64,000 nt of DNA from Saccharofermentans sp. (GTDB taxonomy: Bacteria; Bacillota; Clostridia; Saccharofermentanales; Saccharofermentanaceae): contig JAILMW010000038.1 in NCBI GenBank assembly GCA_024692235.1, positions 4,987 through 68,986 of the forward strand, given 5' to 3'. Positions within the stretch are counted from its first letter, which is position 1, and each line of letters starts with the position of its first letter. The notes under the pieces are model-generated. The model did no database searches and had not been told where the DNA came from. It saw only the letters and a program-made list of their open reading frames with translations. Positions 20,055-29,786 of this stretch are shown here, piece after piece. The position numbers were made by a program, and so were the translations under genes.

Positions 20055-21977
20055 ATGATTTATCGGATCGAGTTTGATATAGCGGCAGTATTCCTGACGC
20101 TGTTCATCATATACTACATAGTAGTAAAGAAGGGCCTCAGAAGGCATGCCAATCGTGTCTATATGGGTATGCTCGTCCTGAACTTTACTGCCGAGATATC
20201 CGATATCGTAGGTTCGATCTGCAATAATAATCCCGCGTACTACAGCGAGCTTATCCAATACTTCTGGAATTATATCTATCTTTTCTCGCATAACATGATG
20301 GCATTAGCTCTTCTGGTATATCTGTTCTATCTGATCGGATATGAGAGGAGCAAGAGGACTGCCATGATAATCCTAGTCATACCTTATGTCATCGAGACTT
20401 TGCTTCTTCTTACCAACCCGATACATAAGCTGATCTTCTGCTTCGACGAGGCGAGGAGATACCTTCACGGACCGCTGTTCCCGCTCCTTTATGCCATCGC
20501 TTTACTCTACATGGTATTCGGCATCTATCTCGTGATAAGGCACAGAAGGGGCATCACTCCCGCGAAGTCCAATGCACTTTTATTCTTCATGGCGATAACC
20601 TGCATACCTATCGTCGTGCAGATAGCTTTCCCGCAGTATCTTCTGACATTGTTCTTCGAGACCATAGGACTTATGGGCATCCTCTTTACCATAGAGAACA
20701 AGGACGATATCATCAACCCTACTACGGGAACACTTAACAGATATGCGCTTCAGACATCTCTTGACCGCGCCATGATCGCGGGGAACCATACCCTCATGAT
20801 CATCAAGATCCCGAACCTTAACTACTACAACAAGATGATAGGCTTCGAGAATATGAACGATATCTTAAGGAGGATCTCCAACTGGCTCCTTGTAATGTGC
20901 GAATCCTATTCCTGTTATGACTGCGGCAGAGGACACTTTGCAGCCCTTTGCGAAGGGATCAGCGACGAAGCCGTGGATAACATGAGGAAGATGACGATGG
21001 AACGCTTCGAACGACCCTGGGGCAAGGGTAAGTTCTCACTGGTATTTCCTGTGCAGTTCGGTGCCGTCAAGCTTCCGGATGACGTTAAGACCATGGAGAA
21101 TCTCTTCATGATCTTAGACGCTCCCTTCGACGGCAAGATATCCTCCGAGATAGATGTAGAGAAAGCCATAGCACGCTATGAGAGAAATGTCCTTGTAGAG
21201 CGTCTCGTAGATAAGGCCGTGAAGAACAGAGGCTTCCAGGTATACTATCAGCCCATCTGGAACTACGAAGACAGCAAGGTGACGTCTGCCGAGGCACTGT
21301 GCCGCCTTATAGACGACGAGTTCGGATATATTCCTCCCGATGAGTTCATACCCGTAGCAGAGAGGAACGGCTCCATCCTGGAGATAGGAAGGATCGTATT
21401 CGAGGAGGCATGCCGCTTCTATCAGGAGGGAAGGCTTAAGCAGCTGGGGATCGAATACATAGAAGTTAATCTATCTGTTGTGCAGTGCATGAGCAGAGAT
21501 CTGCAGAAGGTGTTTGACAGCGTGCTCTCCGAGTATTCGCTGGATCCTTCGCGTATCAACCTGGAGATAACGGAGTCCGCTACGGCGGAAAACCAGGAGC
21601 TCCTCTTTGACACCATAGAGACGCTGAAGCAGAGGGGATTTTGCTTCTCATTGGACGACTACGGCACGGGTTATTCCAATATCGCATATATGTATGAGAT
21701 GCCGTTCTCCATAATAAAGATAGATAAGAGTATATTGTGGAAAGCTCTTCACCCAACGTCGGGTGCCGGCAATAAGAATGCGGTCATATATCTTGAGAAC
21801 ACCATAAGGATGCTTAAGGCCATGGACTACAAGATCCTCGTAGAGGGAGTGGAGACCATGGAGCAAAAGTTCCTTCTTGAAGAGCTTGGCGTAGACTACA
21901 TGCAGGGATTTTATTTTTCCAAGCCTGTACGAAAGGATGTCTTCACGGACTACGTAAAGGTGGTGAACGCATGTTAG
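20055..21977 (+). CDS. Membrane sensor with degenerate GGDEF and EAL c-di-GMP phosphodiesterase domains
   Basis: About 7 TM; GGDEF site degenerate (GRGHF); YYQPI, AEAL, EITE, DDYGTGYS, KIDKS, EGVET and QGFYFSKP. Confidence 0.9.
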   Translation: MIYRIEFDIAAVFLTLFIIYYIVVKKGLRRHANRVYMGMLVLNFTAEISDIVGSICNNNPAYYSELIQYFWNYIYLFSHNMMALALLVYLFYLIGYERSKRTAMIILVIPYVIETLLLLTNPIHKLIFCFDEARRYLHGPLFPLLYAIALLYMVFGIYLVIRHRRGITPAKSNALLFFMAITCIPIVVQIAFPQYLLTLFFETIGLMGILFTIENKDDIINPTTGTLNRYALQTSLDRAMIAGNHTLMIIKIPNLNYYNKMIGFENMNDILRRISNWLLVMCESYSCYDCGRGHFAALCEGISDEAVDNMRKMTMERFERPWGKGKFSLVFPVQFGAVKLPDDVKTMENLFMILDAPFDGKISSEIDVEKAIARYERNVLVERLVDKAVKNRGFQVYYQPIWNYEDSKVTSAEALCRLIDDEFGYIPPDEFIPVAERNGSILEIGRIVFEEACRFYQEGRLKQLGIEYIEVNLSVVQCMSRDLQKVFDSVLSEYSLDPSRINLEITESATAENQELLFDTIETLKQRGFCFSLDDYGTGYSNIAYMYEMPFSIIKIDKSILWKALHPTSGAGNKNAVIYLENTIRMLKAMDYKILVEGVETMEQKFLLEELGVDYMQGFYFSKPVRKDVFTDYVKVVNAC

Positions 21978-23065
21978 TAATGGCTTATTACATAGTTATA
22001 TTCGTGCTGTCCCTTATATGCTGCTGCATATATTACTGGAAGAAGAGGAACTACTACTCGGTAAGATATACCCTTATCTTCATCCTGGCGTTCCTGTCAC
22101 ATTTCTGCTATGTGCTGCTGGCGCTCTCGCGGGATGTAAGGGAAGCTCTCGTTGTCTATAAGTTCCTTTATATAGGAGGCTGCTTCTTCCCTTTGGTGGG
22201 ACTCTTTCTTGTATTTTCCATATGTAAGATAAGATTTCCCAAGTGGATGCATTTCGCGCTTATTGCGCTAAGCAGTCTCGTATATTGCTGTGTGCTGACC
22301 GCAGGGTATCTTCCGATCTTTTACAAGAGCGTTTCGCTGGAAGTGGAAAACGGCGTTGCAGTCCTTTCCAAGGAATACGGGCCTCTTCATGTAGTCTTCA
22401 TAGTTCAGATCGCTTTCTTCCTGGCAGCGACTTTATTTGCCCTTGTATGGGGATGGGTCAAAAAGCCCGAGATCTCAAGGCGCAATCTGCTGATCGCGGC
22501 CTTTATGCAGATATTTTCCATTTTTGCTTACTTTATAGGAAGAGCCATAACAAAGGACATAGAGTGGATGGCGTTGGCGGATCTTGTAGACGAGATAGGA
22601 TTTTTATTGATAATGGACCGCGTGGGACTTTACAGCGTAGAAGATCTTGTGAGCAGCTCCATCTTAAAGGAAGGAAAGTTCGGCTACGTCTCAATAGACT
22701 TAAAGCACCGATTCCTCAATGCCACGGCTGAAGCCAAGAAGATGCTCCCTGTCTTTGCCGGATGCCACGCTGACCGCCCTGTAGAAGACGAGGAGCTTCG
22801 TAATAAGATCGACGATTGGATAAAGGATATGGAAGATATAAATGTATCTAAGAATCACATCTACCGTAACGGTGACTTCATCTATGATATCCGTGTCAGT
22901 GATCTTTACGACGGCAGCAGGAAGAGGGGCTATCTTCTGGAGATAACGGATGATACCGCGCACCGGCAGCAGATGGAAAGCCTTGAGTCCTACTACAGGA
23001 ACCTGAACGAGGAGCTTAAGGCCAAGACAGAACTTATCCGTCAGTTCCGCAAGGAACAGGGTTAA
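21971..23065 (+). CDS. HisKA_7TM-like membrane sensor with PAS-like region and no output domain
   Basis: 7TM N-terminus (YIGGCF, KEYGPLH), N..A..L PAS-like segment, ends in a short coiled coil. Confidence 0.7.
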   Translation: MLVMAYYIVIFVLSLICCCIYYWKKRNYYSVRYTLIFILAFLSHFCYVLLALSRDVREALVVYKFLYIGGCFFPLVGLFLVFSICKIRFPKWMHFALIALSSLVYCCVLTAGYLPIFYKSVSLEVENGVAVLSKEYGPLHVVFIVQIAFFLAATLFALVWGWVKKPEISRRNLLIAAFMQIFSIFAYFIGRAITKDIEWMALADLVDEIGFLLIMDRVGLYSVEDLVSSSILKEGKFGYVSIDLKHRFLNATAEAKKMLPVFAGCHADRPVEDEELRNKIDDWIKDMEDINVSKNHIYRNGDFIYDIRVSDLYDGSRKRGYLLEITDDTAHRQQMESLESYYRNLNEELKAKTELIRQFRKEQG

Positions 23066-24063
23066 TCTGTCGGAAGTCCGAGAGCATCCAGGAAGTCGTA
23101 GAGAGAATCCAGCCTGGATATACCGTCCTCATTAACGAGAGCAAAGACTATGGTGTCTCCTTCCTGATATATGCCGCCGTGGAAAGGACCGTCTATGGGT
23201 ACGTAAGGATTATCGGTTCCGTCCAGTATGACATAGCCGTCATATACTGTCTCGCTGTTGTCGGGACCATATGCTTCGAAGAAAGAATCAACGAGATCGG
23301 AAGAACCCGAGTAAGGGGATATTACCTCCGCATACATACTTGCCGCGTCATCTTCACTGTCAAAGATGTATATCGCCAGGAATGCCGTATCGTCGTAGAA
23401 GACTACTTCTGTATGGTCGGAATAATCTATGGCGGAGTACTGTGTCGATGAGACTCCGAATACCGTATTAAGTGCCGATTCGAACTCGATGTCGGTAATG
23501 CGGTTCATGGTGCTCCATTCGTATCCGGAGATGTCTTCGTAGAAACCGTAGACTTCCGTGATGTTGTCACTGTCGTCGCCTGCGATCTTCCATTCGCCTT
23601 CTGTAAATATCAGATCGATCTCCTGACTGAGGCTTATCCTTCTGTCGGTATTCTCACTCAGGGCTTCGGTATACTCGGTTATTGAGGGTGCGGTGTCAAA
23701 GTCCTCGTATACTCCTTCGTAGTCGATAAGTGTATATGATATGTCTGCTCTTGCTTCCTTGCCGCTTACTGCGATCGAATCCTCATCTATCTCGTATGTG
23801 ATATTGCTCAGCACAAAATCGAAGACTTCGTCCAGATCTTCATTGCCTGTAACACGGACAAGGTAATCCTCTATCTCTTCCTTGAATTCCTGCTTTTCCT
23901 CTATATGCCTGGCAAGCTCCTCGGTATCGCCCGTTATGACCGCCTGTGCATACGCGTCCACAGTCTCTCTTACTTTCTCTCTGGCTTCCCGAGGCGTACA
24001 CCCGCCCAAGGACATTAAGACGGATATGATCAGAAGGATCGATATCGTTCGTAACTTTATCAT
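23062..24063 (-). CDS. Acidic lipoprotein (family A, close paralog of 18893..19876)
   Basis: Lipobox LGGC; YAQAVI.GD, ITYEID, YTLIDY, WKI, GGIY and FL.A.G.P end. Confidence 0.8.
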   Translation of the reverse strand: MIKLRTISILLIISVLMSLGGCTPREAREKVRETVDAYAQAVITGDTEELARHIEEKQEFKEEIEDYLVRVTGNEDLDEVFDFVLSNITYEIDEDSIAVSGKEARADISYTLIDYEGVYEDFDTAPSITEYTEALSENTDRRISLSQEIDLIFTEGEWKIAGDDSDNITEVYGFYEDISGYEWSTMNRITDIEFESALNTVFGVSSTQYSAIDYSDHTEVVFYDDTAFLAIYIFDSEDDAASMYAEVISPYSGSSDLVDSFFEAYGPDNSETVYDGYVILDGTDNPYVPIDGPFHGGIYQEGDTIVFALVNEDGISRLDSLYDFLDALGLPTD

Positions 24064-24264
24064 ATTCTTTATCCCTATTAATAATATTCAAGGTATTGTA
24101 TCACAGTTAACGATGGTTACCACGCGTATTAGTCTTAAAATAGTTAACAATCTTTAAGGGTTTGTTTTCATTCGGTTAATATATCGGGATTATGTGTGCC
24201 TTATAATCTAGATAGTTATATGGGCAAGTTGTGCGCGTGCGCAAGATCACGGGGAAATGTGTTT

Positions 24265-25572
24265 ATGAGTGATATCGACCTGAAGGATTTTTCTGTAAAT
24301 GATGCTTCCGGGGTCTTTTACGACAATGTTGATTCTGTTATCGTAGTAGACCCCTCGATAGATCAGTATAAAACGATCGTAAGAAAGGGCCTCTTTGAAA
24401 AGCTGGTGGAAGATACCGGCAGTTACCATGACCTGATCATGAAGCTGTGGTTTCACTTTGGAGAGACCAATGAGGAAGTGGTAGAGGACTATCAGGTATT
24501 CGCTGAGTCTACGGGAGACTTCAAGGGTAAGTACAGCAGGCGTCTTAAGATAGTACTTGACGGTGAGGATAAGATGCATCTTGTGCAGCTGACAGTATAT
24601 CCTTTCGAGGGAGACAGTAAGTATCTGTTCATCTTAGATGAGCTCGATGGTAAGGAGTCCATGGAGGAATCCCTTACAACTAATAAGATAAATACGATAC
24701 AGAATTCCTATCTGTTCTCCATGTATATTGATCTTGCCCAGGATACTACGAGCAGCATCAATATAACGGAGATGTCGGAGGATACCGTCAACGTTCAGCT
24801 CAAGTATTCCGAGTGGAGGATGATGATCGTCAATATGTTCCTTCCCGAGGATCAGGATCAGTTCCTGAGAAGGACGGATCCCGAGTATCTGAAGAAGAAC
24901 TTTACCCCCGGACGTACGTCTTCTTATGATTGCATGATGCGCAATATGGAAGGTAAGTTCATCTGGGTCAAGCTGATCTTCAGCCGTGCTCAGACATATA
25001 ACGAAGATGATTACAGATTCGTCTTCATGGTCCAGGATATCCACGATAATTCCATGGAGATATTATCTGCTCTTAAGAAATATGAGGAGATGGCCATAAC
25101 GGATCCTCTCACGGGAGTATTCAATCACGGTGAGATCGAGACGCAGTTCCATAATGCTCTTGCAGTAAAGCACAAGAACGGCGATCCCGTATCCGTCATG
25201 ATGCTCGACCTGGATCACTTTAAGAAGATCAACGATAACTACGGCCATTCCGTAGGTGATACCACTCTTAAGACCTTTGCTTCGATCCTTAAGGATTTTG
25301 CCATAAGCGAGAAGGCTTTGGTAGGACGTTGGGGAGGTGAGGAGTTCGTCATAGTATGCCAGTCTAAGGGAGCGGATAATGCTAACGTAATGGCAAGAAG
25401 GCTTAAGCAGAGAGTAGAGGATCATGAATTCCCTACGATAGGTCATATAACATGTTCCATCGGTGTTACCGAAATAAAGGAAGAGGATACCTTTGATGAT
25501 GCCTTCAACAGGATCGACAAGGCTATGTACGAATCCAAGCACAACGGAAGGAATATGATCACTGTGCTCTGA
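24265..25572 (+). CDS. Cytoplasmic diguanylate cyclase (PAS-like + GGDEF)
   Basis: DPLTG, DLDHFKKIND.YGH..GD and RWGGEEF; the start could be further upstream. Confidence 0.9.
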   Translation: MSDIDLKDFSVNDASGVFYDNVDSVIVVDPSIDQYKTIVRKGLFEKLVEDTGSYHDLIMKLWFHFGETNEEVVEDYQVFAESTGDFKGKYSRRLKIVLDGEDKMHLVQLTVYPFEGDSKYLFILDELDGKESMEESLTTNKINTIQNSYLFSMYIDLAQDTTSSINITEMSEDTVNVQLKYSEWRMMIVNMFLPEDQDQFLRRTDPEYLKKNFTPGRTSSYDCMMRNMEGKFIWVKLIFSRAQTYNEDDYRFVFMVQDIHDNSMEILSALKKYEEMAITDPLTGVFNHGEIETQFHNALAVKHKNGDPVSVMMLDLDHFKKINDNYGHSVGDTTLKTFASILKDFAISEKALVGRWGGEEFVIVCQSKGADNANVMARRLKQRVEDHEFPTIGHITCSIGVTEIKEEDTFDDAFNRIDKAMYESKHNGRNMITVL

Positions 25573-25585
25573 TACGGAGGTATGG

Positions 25586-27478
25586 ATGAAGAGGAAGGTA
25601 GCCGTATTTACAAATGGCTGGAGCGACGATTATCTCGACTTCGCGCTGGAAGGAATAAGAAAGCGCGCAGGAGAGGATAATATCGATGTGTTCATATTCC
25701 TCGACTATACCGCTTACGACAAGCCCAAGGAAGAGACAGCAGGTGAGCTCAATATCTTAAATCTCCCGGATCTCAAGTGCTTTGACGGAGTATTGCTCCT
25801 CGGTAATACCCTTAATAACGCAGGCGAGAATCAGATCCTTCGCGAGAAGATAAAAGAATCGGGGGTTCCTTCGGTGTGTCTTGAATACGAGCTGGAAGGG
25901 ATCAACTGTATAAGGACCGAGAATCTTAACGGCATGAAGGAACTTACGGAACACCTGATCACCGTTCACGATGTTAAGGACATATTCTGGATAAGCGGTC
26001 CATTCGATAATGATGAGAGTAATGCCAGGTTCGACGCGATAGTTGAGACCATGGAGAAGCACGGTCTTACGTTCGATGACAAAAATGTATTCGAAGGATG
26101 CTGGAGCTATGCCATCGTAGAAGACAGGTTCCCTAAAGTCGTAGCAAAGCTCGATAAGCTTCCTGACGTATTCATATGTGCTAACGATTCCATGGCTCTT
26201 GCAACATGTATAGTCCTTGAGAGGGCAGGTTTCAACGTTCCCCGTGACGTAAGGGTAACAGGCTATGATAATCTTATGAGCGGTAACCATTTCTCGCCTA
26301 TACTTACTTCCGTAGACAGAGGCTGGGAGACCAGGAGCGTCCAGGCGATGGAAAGCCTTATCGACCTCATGAACGGCGGTGAAGATTTCGGTGACAGAGT
26401 ATATGATTCCGCATTCGACCTCGGCGAGAGCTGCGGCTGTTCGCTTGGCGAAGAAGGTACGAGGATACATAAGGCAGCCAGACAGAGAGCATTCATGGTG
26501 CCGGTGGAGAGGACCATATTCGACTGGCATCTTATCGAGCTTGACGAGACTGTAGCCCATGTTAAGTCCCTGGAGGATATCCACGAAGGATATAAGGCCG
26601 TATGGGAGAAGGATCACCCTTACGAAGGCGATGAGTTCTATGTCTGCCTGAACAGGGATTTTGTCGAGTCCATGCAGGATGATACGGTTAGAAGGGTCAA
26701 AGGCTACAGCGATACTGCCATCGTCATATACGGCATGAAGGACGGTGCTTCGATCCCGATACAGGAGACTGATATCAAGGATCTTATCCCCGGTATAAAA
26801 GACTATGAGGATAATGCTTCTACATATGTAATAGTTCCTCTTCATATAGAAGATGAGAGCATAGGTTACTTTGTGCTTCGTAATAACACTAAGATCATCA
26901 AGGACTTCTACCTTAATTCCCTTACAAGGCATGTATCTTCAGGACTTCAGAGGGCAAGGCAGAACATAAGGCTCGAGAGCCTTAACAGGCTTCTTGCGGA
27001 TATATCGGTAAGAGATGAACTCACGGGGCTTTATAACAGAATGGGCTATGAGAAGATAGTTATCCCGTATCTTGATGAGATGAGGAAGAACAGGCAGAAG
27101 TCCGTCATTATGGTCGCGGATATCAACCGCATGAAGGTAATAAATGACAAGTACGGTCACCTTCAGGGGGATACCGCCATCAAGATAGTCGCTAATGTCA
27201 TAAGAAGCTCAGTTCCCGCTACCTGGAAAGCCGTAAGGTACGGCGGTGACGAATATGTCGTTATAGGCGATCATATCGGAGATATCGATTCTATCCAGAA
27301 AGAGATAATAGAAAAGTCCGAGAGGGTCTCCAGAGACTTAGACCTCTCCTTCGTTATCTCGGTAAGCGTAGGCCATGTCATCGTAGATCCGGACGATGCT
27401 CTTGGCAACGAAGAATACTTCAGAATGGCAGACGAAGCCATGTATGAGATGAAGAAGGAAGTTCATAAGGACGACTGA
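25586..27478 (+). CDS. LacI-type sugar-binding domain fused to GGDEF diguanylate cyclase
   Basis: CANDSMA, VPRDVRVTGYD and LTSV; DELTGLYNR and RYGGDEY. Confidence 0.88.
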   Translation: MKRKVAVFTNGWSDDYLDFALEGIRKRAGEDNIDVFIFLDYTAYDKPKEETAGELNILNLPDLKCFDGVLLLGNTLNNAGENQILREKIKESGVPSVCLEYELEGINCIRTENLNGMKELTEHLITVHDVKDIFWISGPFDNDESNARFDAIVETMEKHGLTFDDKNVFEGCWSYAIVEDRFPKVVAKLDKLPDVFICANDSMALATCIVLERAGFNVPRDVRVTGYDNLMSGNHFSPILTSVDRGWETRSVQAMESLIDLMNGGEDFGDRVYDSAFDLGESCGCSLGEEGTRIHKAARQRAFMVPVERTIFDWHLIELDETVAHVKSLEDIHEGYKAVWEKDHPYEGDEFYVCLNRDFVESMQDDTVRRVKGYSDTAIVIYGMKDGASIPIQETDIKDLIPGIKDYEDNASTYVIVPLHIEDESIGYFVLRNNTKIIKDFYLNSLTRHVSSGLQRARQNIRLESLNRLLADISVRDELTGLYNRMGYEKIVIPYLDEMRKNRQKSVIMVADINRMKVINDKYGHLQGDTAIKIVANVIRSSVPATWKAVRYGGDEYVVIGDHIGDIDSIQKEIIEKSERVSRDLDLSFVISVSVGHVIVDPDDALGNEEYFRMADEAMYEMKKEVHKDD

Positions 27479-27552
27479 TCACGTATCTTAATTTGACAAT
27501 GAAAATAAAAAACTCAATAATGCGGACAGATCATCGGTTGTTGAGGTGTGAT

Positions 27553-27597
27553 ATGAAGAGCATAAGAAGGATCACGGCATTATCCGTTGCAGACTGA
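27553..27597 (+). other. 14-codon mini-ORF MKSIRRITALSVAD (leader peptide or gene remnant)
   Basis: TTGACA-N17-AATAAT at 27493-27521, GAGGTG RBS, ATG...TGA. Confidence 0.35.
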
Positions 27598-27701
27598 TGA
27601 TCAAGTATCCCCGTAACATTGTTACAAAGTAAGATCAGGCTTCGTTTTTTGTTTTCCAAACATTCACACACGGGAATGTCTTAAGAAGGTAGACTTGATG
27701 T

Positions 27702-28319
27702 ATGGATAAGACACAAAAAGCAGAGAAGATACTTAATATCATCATGGTGATCTTTGCCGTTATCGGCATAGTGCTCATGTTGACAGGAGATAAGGACGGT
27801 GCGCTTCAGTCGACGGGTCTTGAGAACTTCAAGTTCTACACGGTCCTCTCCAACGTATTCTGCGGTATAGTTGCCGCGATATATCTTATAAAAAGATCAG
27901 ATAAGCTCATACCTCTTAAGCTCGGAGCAGTATGCGGAGTTACCATTACATTTTGCGTAGTGGCTTTTATGTTCGGACCTCTATACGGATTTATTCAGTT
28001 CTACCAAAGAGGTAACCTCTTCTTCCATCTTCTCCTGCCGGTAGCAGCGATGGTGGAATTCATAACTGTAAGAAGAGGGAAGATCCCCTTCAGATACACG
28101 GTAATGGCAGCGATCCCAACTCTTATCTACGGGATCTTCTACATGGCTAATATCCTTATCAACGGCAAAGGGGAGTGGCCTGATACGAATGATTTCTACG
28201 GCTTTCTTAATTGGGGATGGCCTGTGGGAATAGGAATATTCATAGTAATTACACTTCTGGCATTCGGCGTAGCATGCGCCTTCAGAGCGATCAGTAATAA
28301 AAGAAGCAAAGAAGCCTGA
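27702..28319 (+). CDS. Pr6Pr / FAR-17a-like membrane protein
   Basis: FYTVLSN, FHLLLP and FYGFL motifs, about 6 TM. Confidence 0.7.
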   Translation: MDKTQKAEKILNIIMVIFAVIGIVLMLTGDKDGALQSTGLENFKFYTVLSNVFCGIVAAIYLIKRSDKLIPLKLGAVCGVTITFCVVAFMFGPLYGFIQFYQRGNLFFHLLLPVAAMVEFITVRRGKIPFRYTVMAAIPTLIYGIFYMANILINGKGEWPDTNDFYGFLNWGWPVGIGIFIVITLLAFGVACAFRAISNKRSKEA

Positions 28320-28337
28320 ATACTATTCAGGCTTCTT
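28309..28337. terminator. Bidirectional terminator overlapping both stop codons
   Basis: AAGAAGCCTGAATA / TATTCAGGCTTCTT. Confidence 0.7.
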
Positions 28338-28917
28338 CTGTACCGGATCTTTTCTTTAAGTTATCTCTGAATTCCTCTGGTTCGTATTCCAGGGGCTTAG
28401 CAAGAAATCCCGCCTCCCACAGCTTATCTTCTATTATGTCCAGGATCTCCTCGGAAGGAGCAAGGACGGTGTGGTAGTGGTAGCCGTCCGTGACGTTGGA
28501 GAGAAGTGAAGACTTGCCCGAGCGGATCGATTCCATAAAGGACGCCACATCCATACGAGATCTGATGTTGAGCTCTGCACGAAGCGTACCGTAGGCTCTG
28601 TGGCTTACGAATACGTCCTTGACCGTGGCTCCGCAGTCGACGAAGAGGTACAGTTCCATCTCGCTCTGATCGGGCTCATGGTGGACCTTGAAGACACGCT
28701 CGCACATCTTCTCGCCGGCAAGGCGGTAGCCCTGAGGAGTAGACTCCACATCTTCGCCTGCTGCGCGCAGTATGGCGATGTCGGTCACTATTACCTGACG
28801 GCTGACATTTAAAAGGTTCGCCAGATGGCTCCCCGACAGCGGCGTCGGGGAGGAACCCAGCAGTTCCTTTATCTTGTCTCTTCTCTGACTTCCGTTCATG
28901 GATGACCTTGATATCAC
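28327..28917 (-). CDS. niaR: Niacin-responsive transcription repressor NiaR (HTH + 3H domain)
   Basis: LSGS.LA..LNVSRQVIV.DIAILRA, STPQGY, H..YG and LS.VT.G.HYH; last gene of nadB-nadC. Confidence 0.92.
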   Translation of the reverse strand: MISRSSMNGSQRRDKIKELLGSSPTPLSGSHLANLLNVSRQVIVTDIAILRAAGEDVESTPQGYRLAGEKMCERVFKVHHEPDQSEMELYLFVDCGATVKDVFVSHRAYGTLRAELNIRSRMDVASFMESIRSGKSSLLSNVTDGYHYHTVLAPSEEILDIIEDKLWEAGFLAKPLEYEPEEFRDNLKKRSGTEEA

Positions 28918-29771
28918 GCGATGGGGTGAAGGTTCTTAAGAGATACGTCGAGGATAGGAGAGGAGTGCGTAAGAGCTCCGCTTGAGATGTAGTCAACGCC
29001 CATCTCAACATACTTTGCAAGGTTCTCCTTGGTGACATTACCGGAGATCTCGATCTCGGCCTTGTGGTCGATAAGAGCGATAGCTTCCTTGAGCATTTCG
29101 GGAGTCATGTTGTCGAGCATGATTATGTCTGCTCCTGCTTCAAGAGCTTCTTTTACCATCTCGATATTCTCTACCTCTACCTCGATCTTACGAACGAAAG
29201 GTGCATATTCCTTAGCCATGGCGATAGCTTCCTTAACTCCGCCTGCAGCACCGATGTGGTTGTCCTTGAGAAGGACGCCGTCGGAGAGGTTATAACGGTG
29301 GTTGTTGCCGCCGCCGACCTTAACGGAATATTTCTCGAATACGCGGTTGTTGGGTGTTGTCTTACGTGTATCGAGAAGTTTTGTCTTAGTGCCTTCAAGA
29401 AGGGAAGCAGTCTTATTGGTATAAGTAGCGATACCGCTCATCCTCTGAAGGTAATTAAGAGCTGTTCTCTCGCCGCTTAAGATAACTCTCATGTCGCCTG
29501 TTACGGTAGCAAGAAGCTCGCCGGGAACTACCTTGTCTCCGTCCTTCTTAAGAAGCTCGACCTTGGTAGCGGGATCCATGAGCTCGAATACACGTGCGAA
29601 TACATCAAGTCCGCAGATGATGCCCTCCTCCTTACAGATGAGGTCTGCTGTTCCCTGAACGGGGCCTTTGACGACGCTGTTAGTCGATACATCCTCGCTG
29701 GTGATGTCTTCCTTAAGTGCTGACAGGATCAGCGGGTCTACATTGCAAAGTAAAGTTGCCTTATCGAACAT
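28914..29771 (-). CDS. nadC: Nicotinate-nucleotide diphosphorylase (quinolinate phosphoribosyltransferase)
   Basis: ERTALN..QRMSGIAT, DTRKTTP, HR..LSD..LLKDNH, IEVEV and MLDN. Confidence 0.97.
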   Translation of the reverse strand: MFDKATLLCNVDPLILSALKEDITSEDVSTNSVVKGPVQGTADLICKEEGIICGLDVFARVFELMDPATKVELLKKDGDKVVPGELLATVTGDMRVILSGERTALNYLQRMSGIATYTNKTASLLEGTKTKLLDTRKTTPNNRVFEKYSVKVGGGNNHRYNLSDGVLLKDNHIGAAGGVKEAIAMAKEYAPFVRKIEVEVENIEMVKEALEAGADIIMLDNMTPEMLKEAIALIDHKAEIEISGNVTKENLAKYVEMGVDYISSGALTHSSPILDVSLKNLHPIA

Positions 29772-29786
29772 GTTGATATCCTCCGT

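Noticed and set aside
25757-26932. Long antisense ORFs (391 aa here; also 17974..18717, 31536..32258, 49825..50607, 39094..39849)
   Set aside because: They are reverse-strand shadows of well-supported genes, probably caused by codon bias, and have no motifs.
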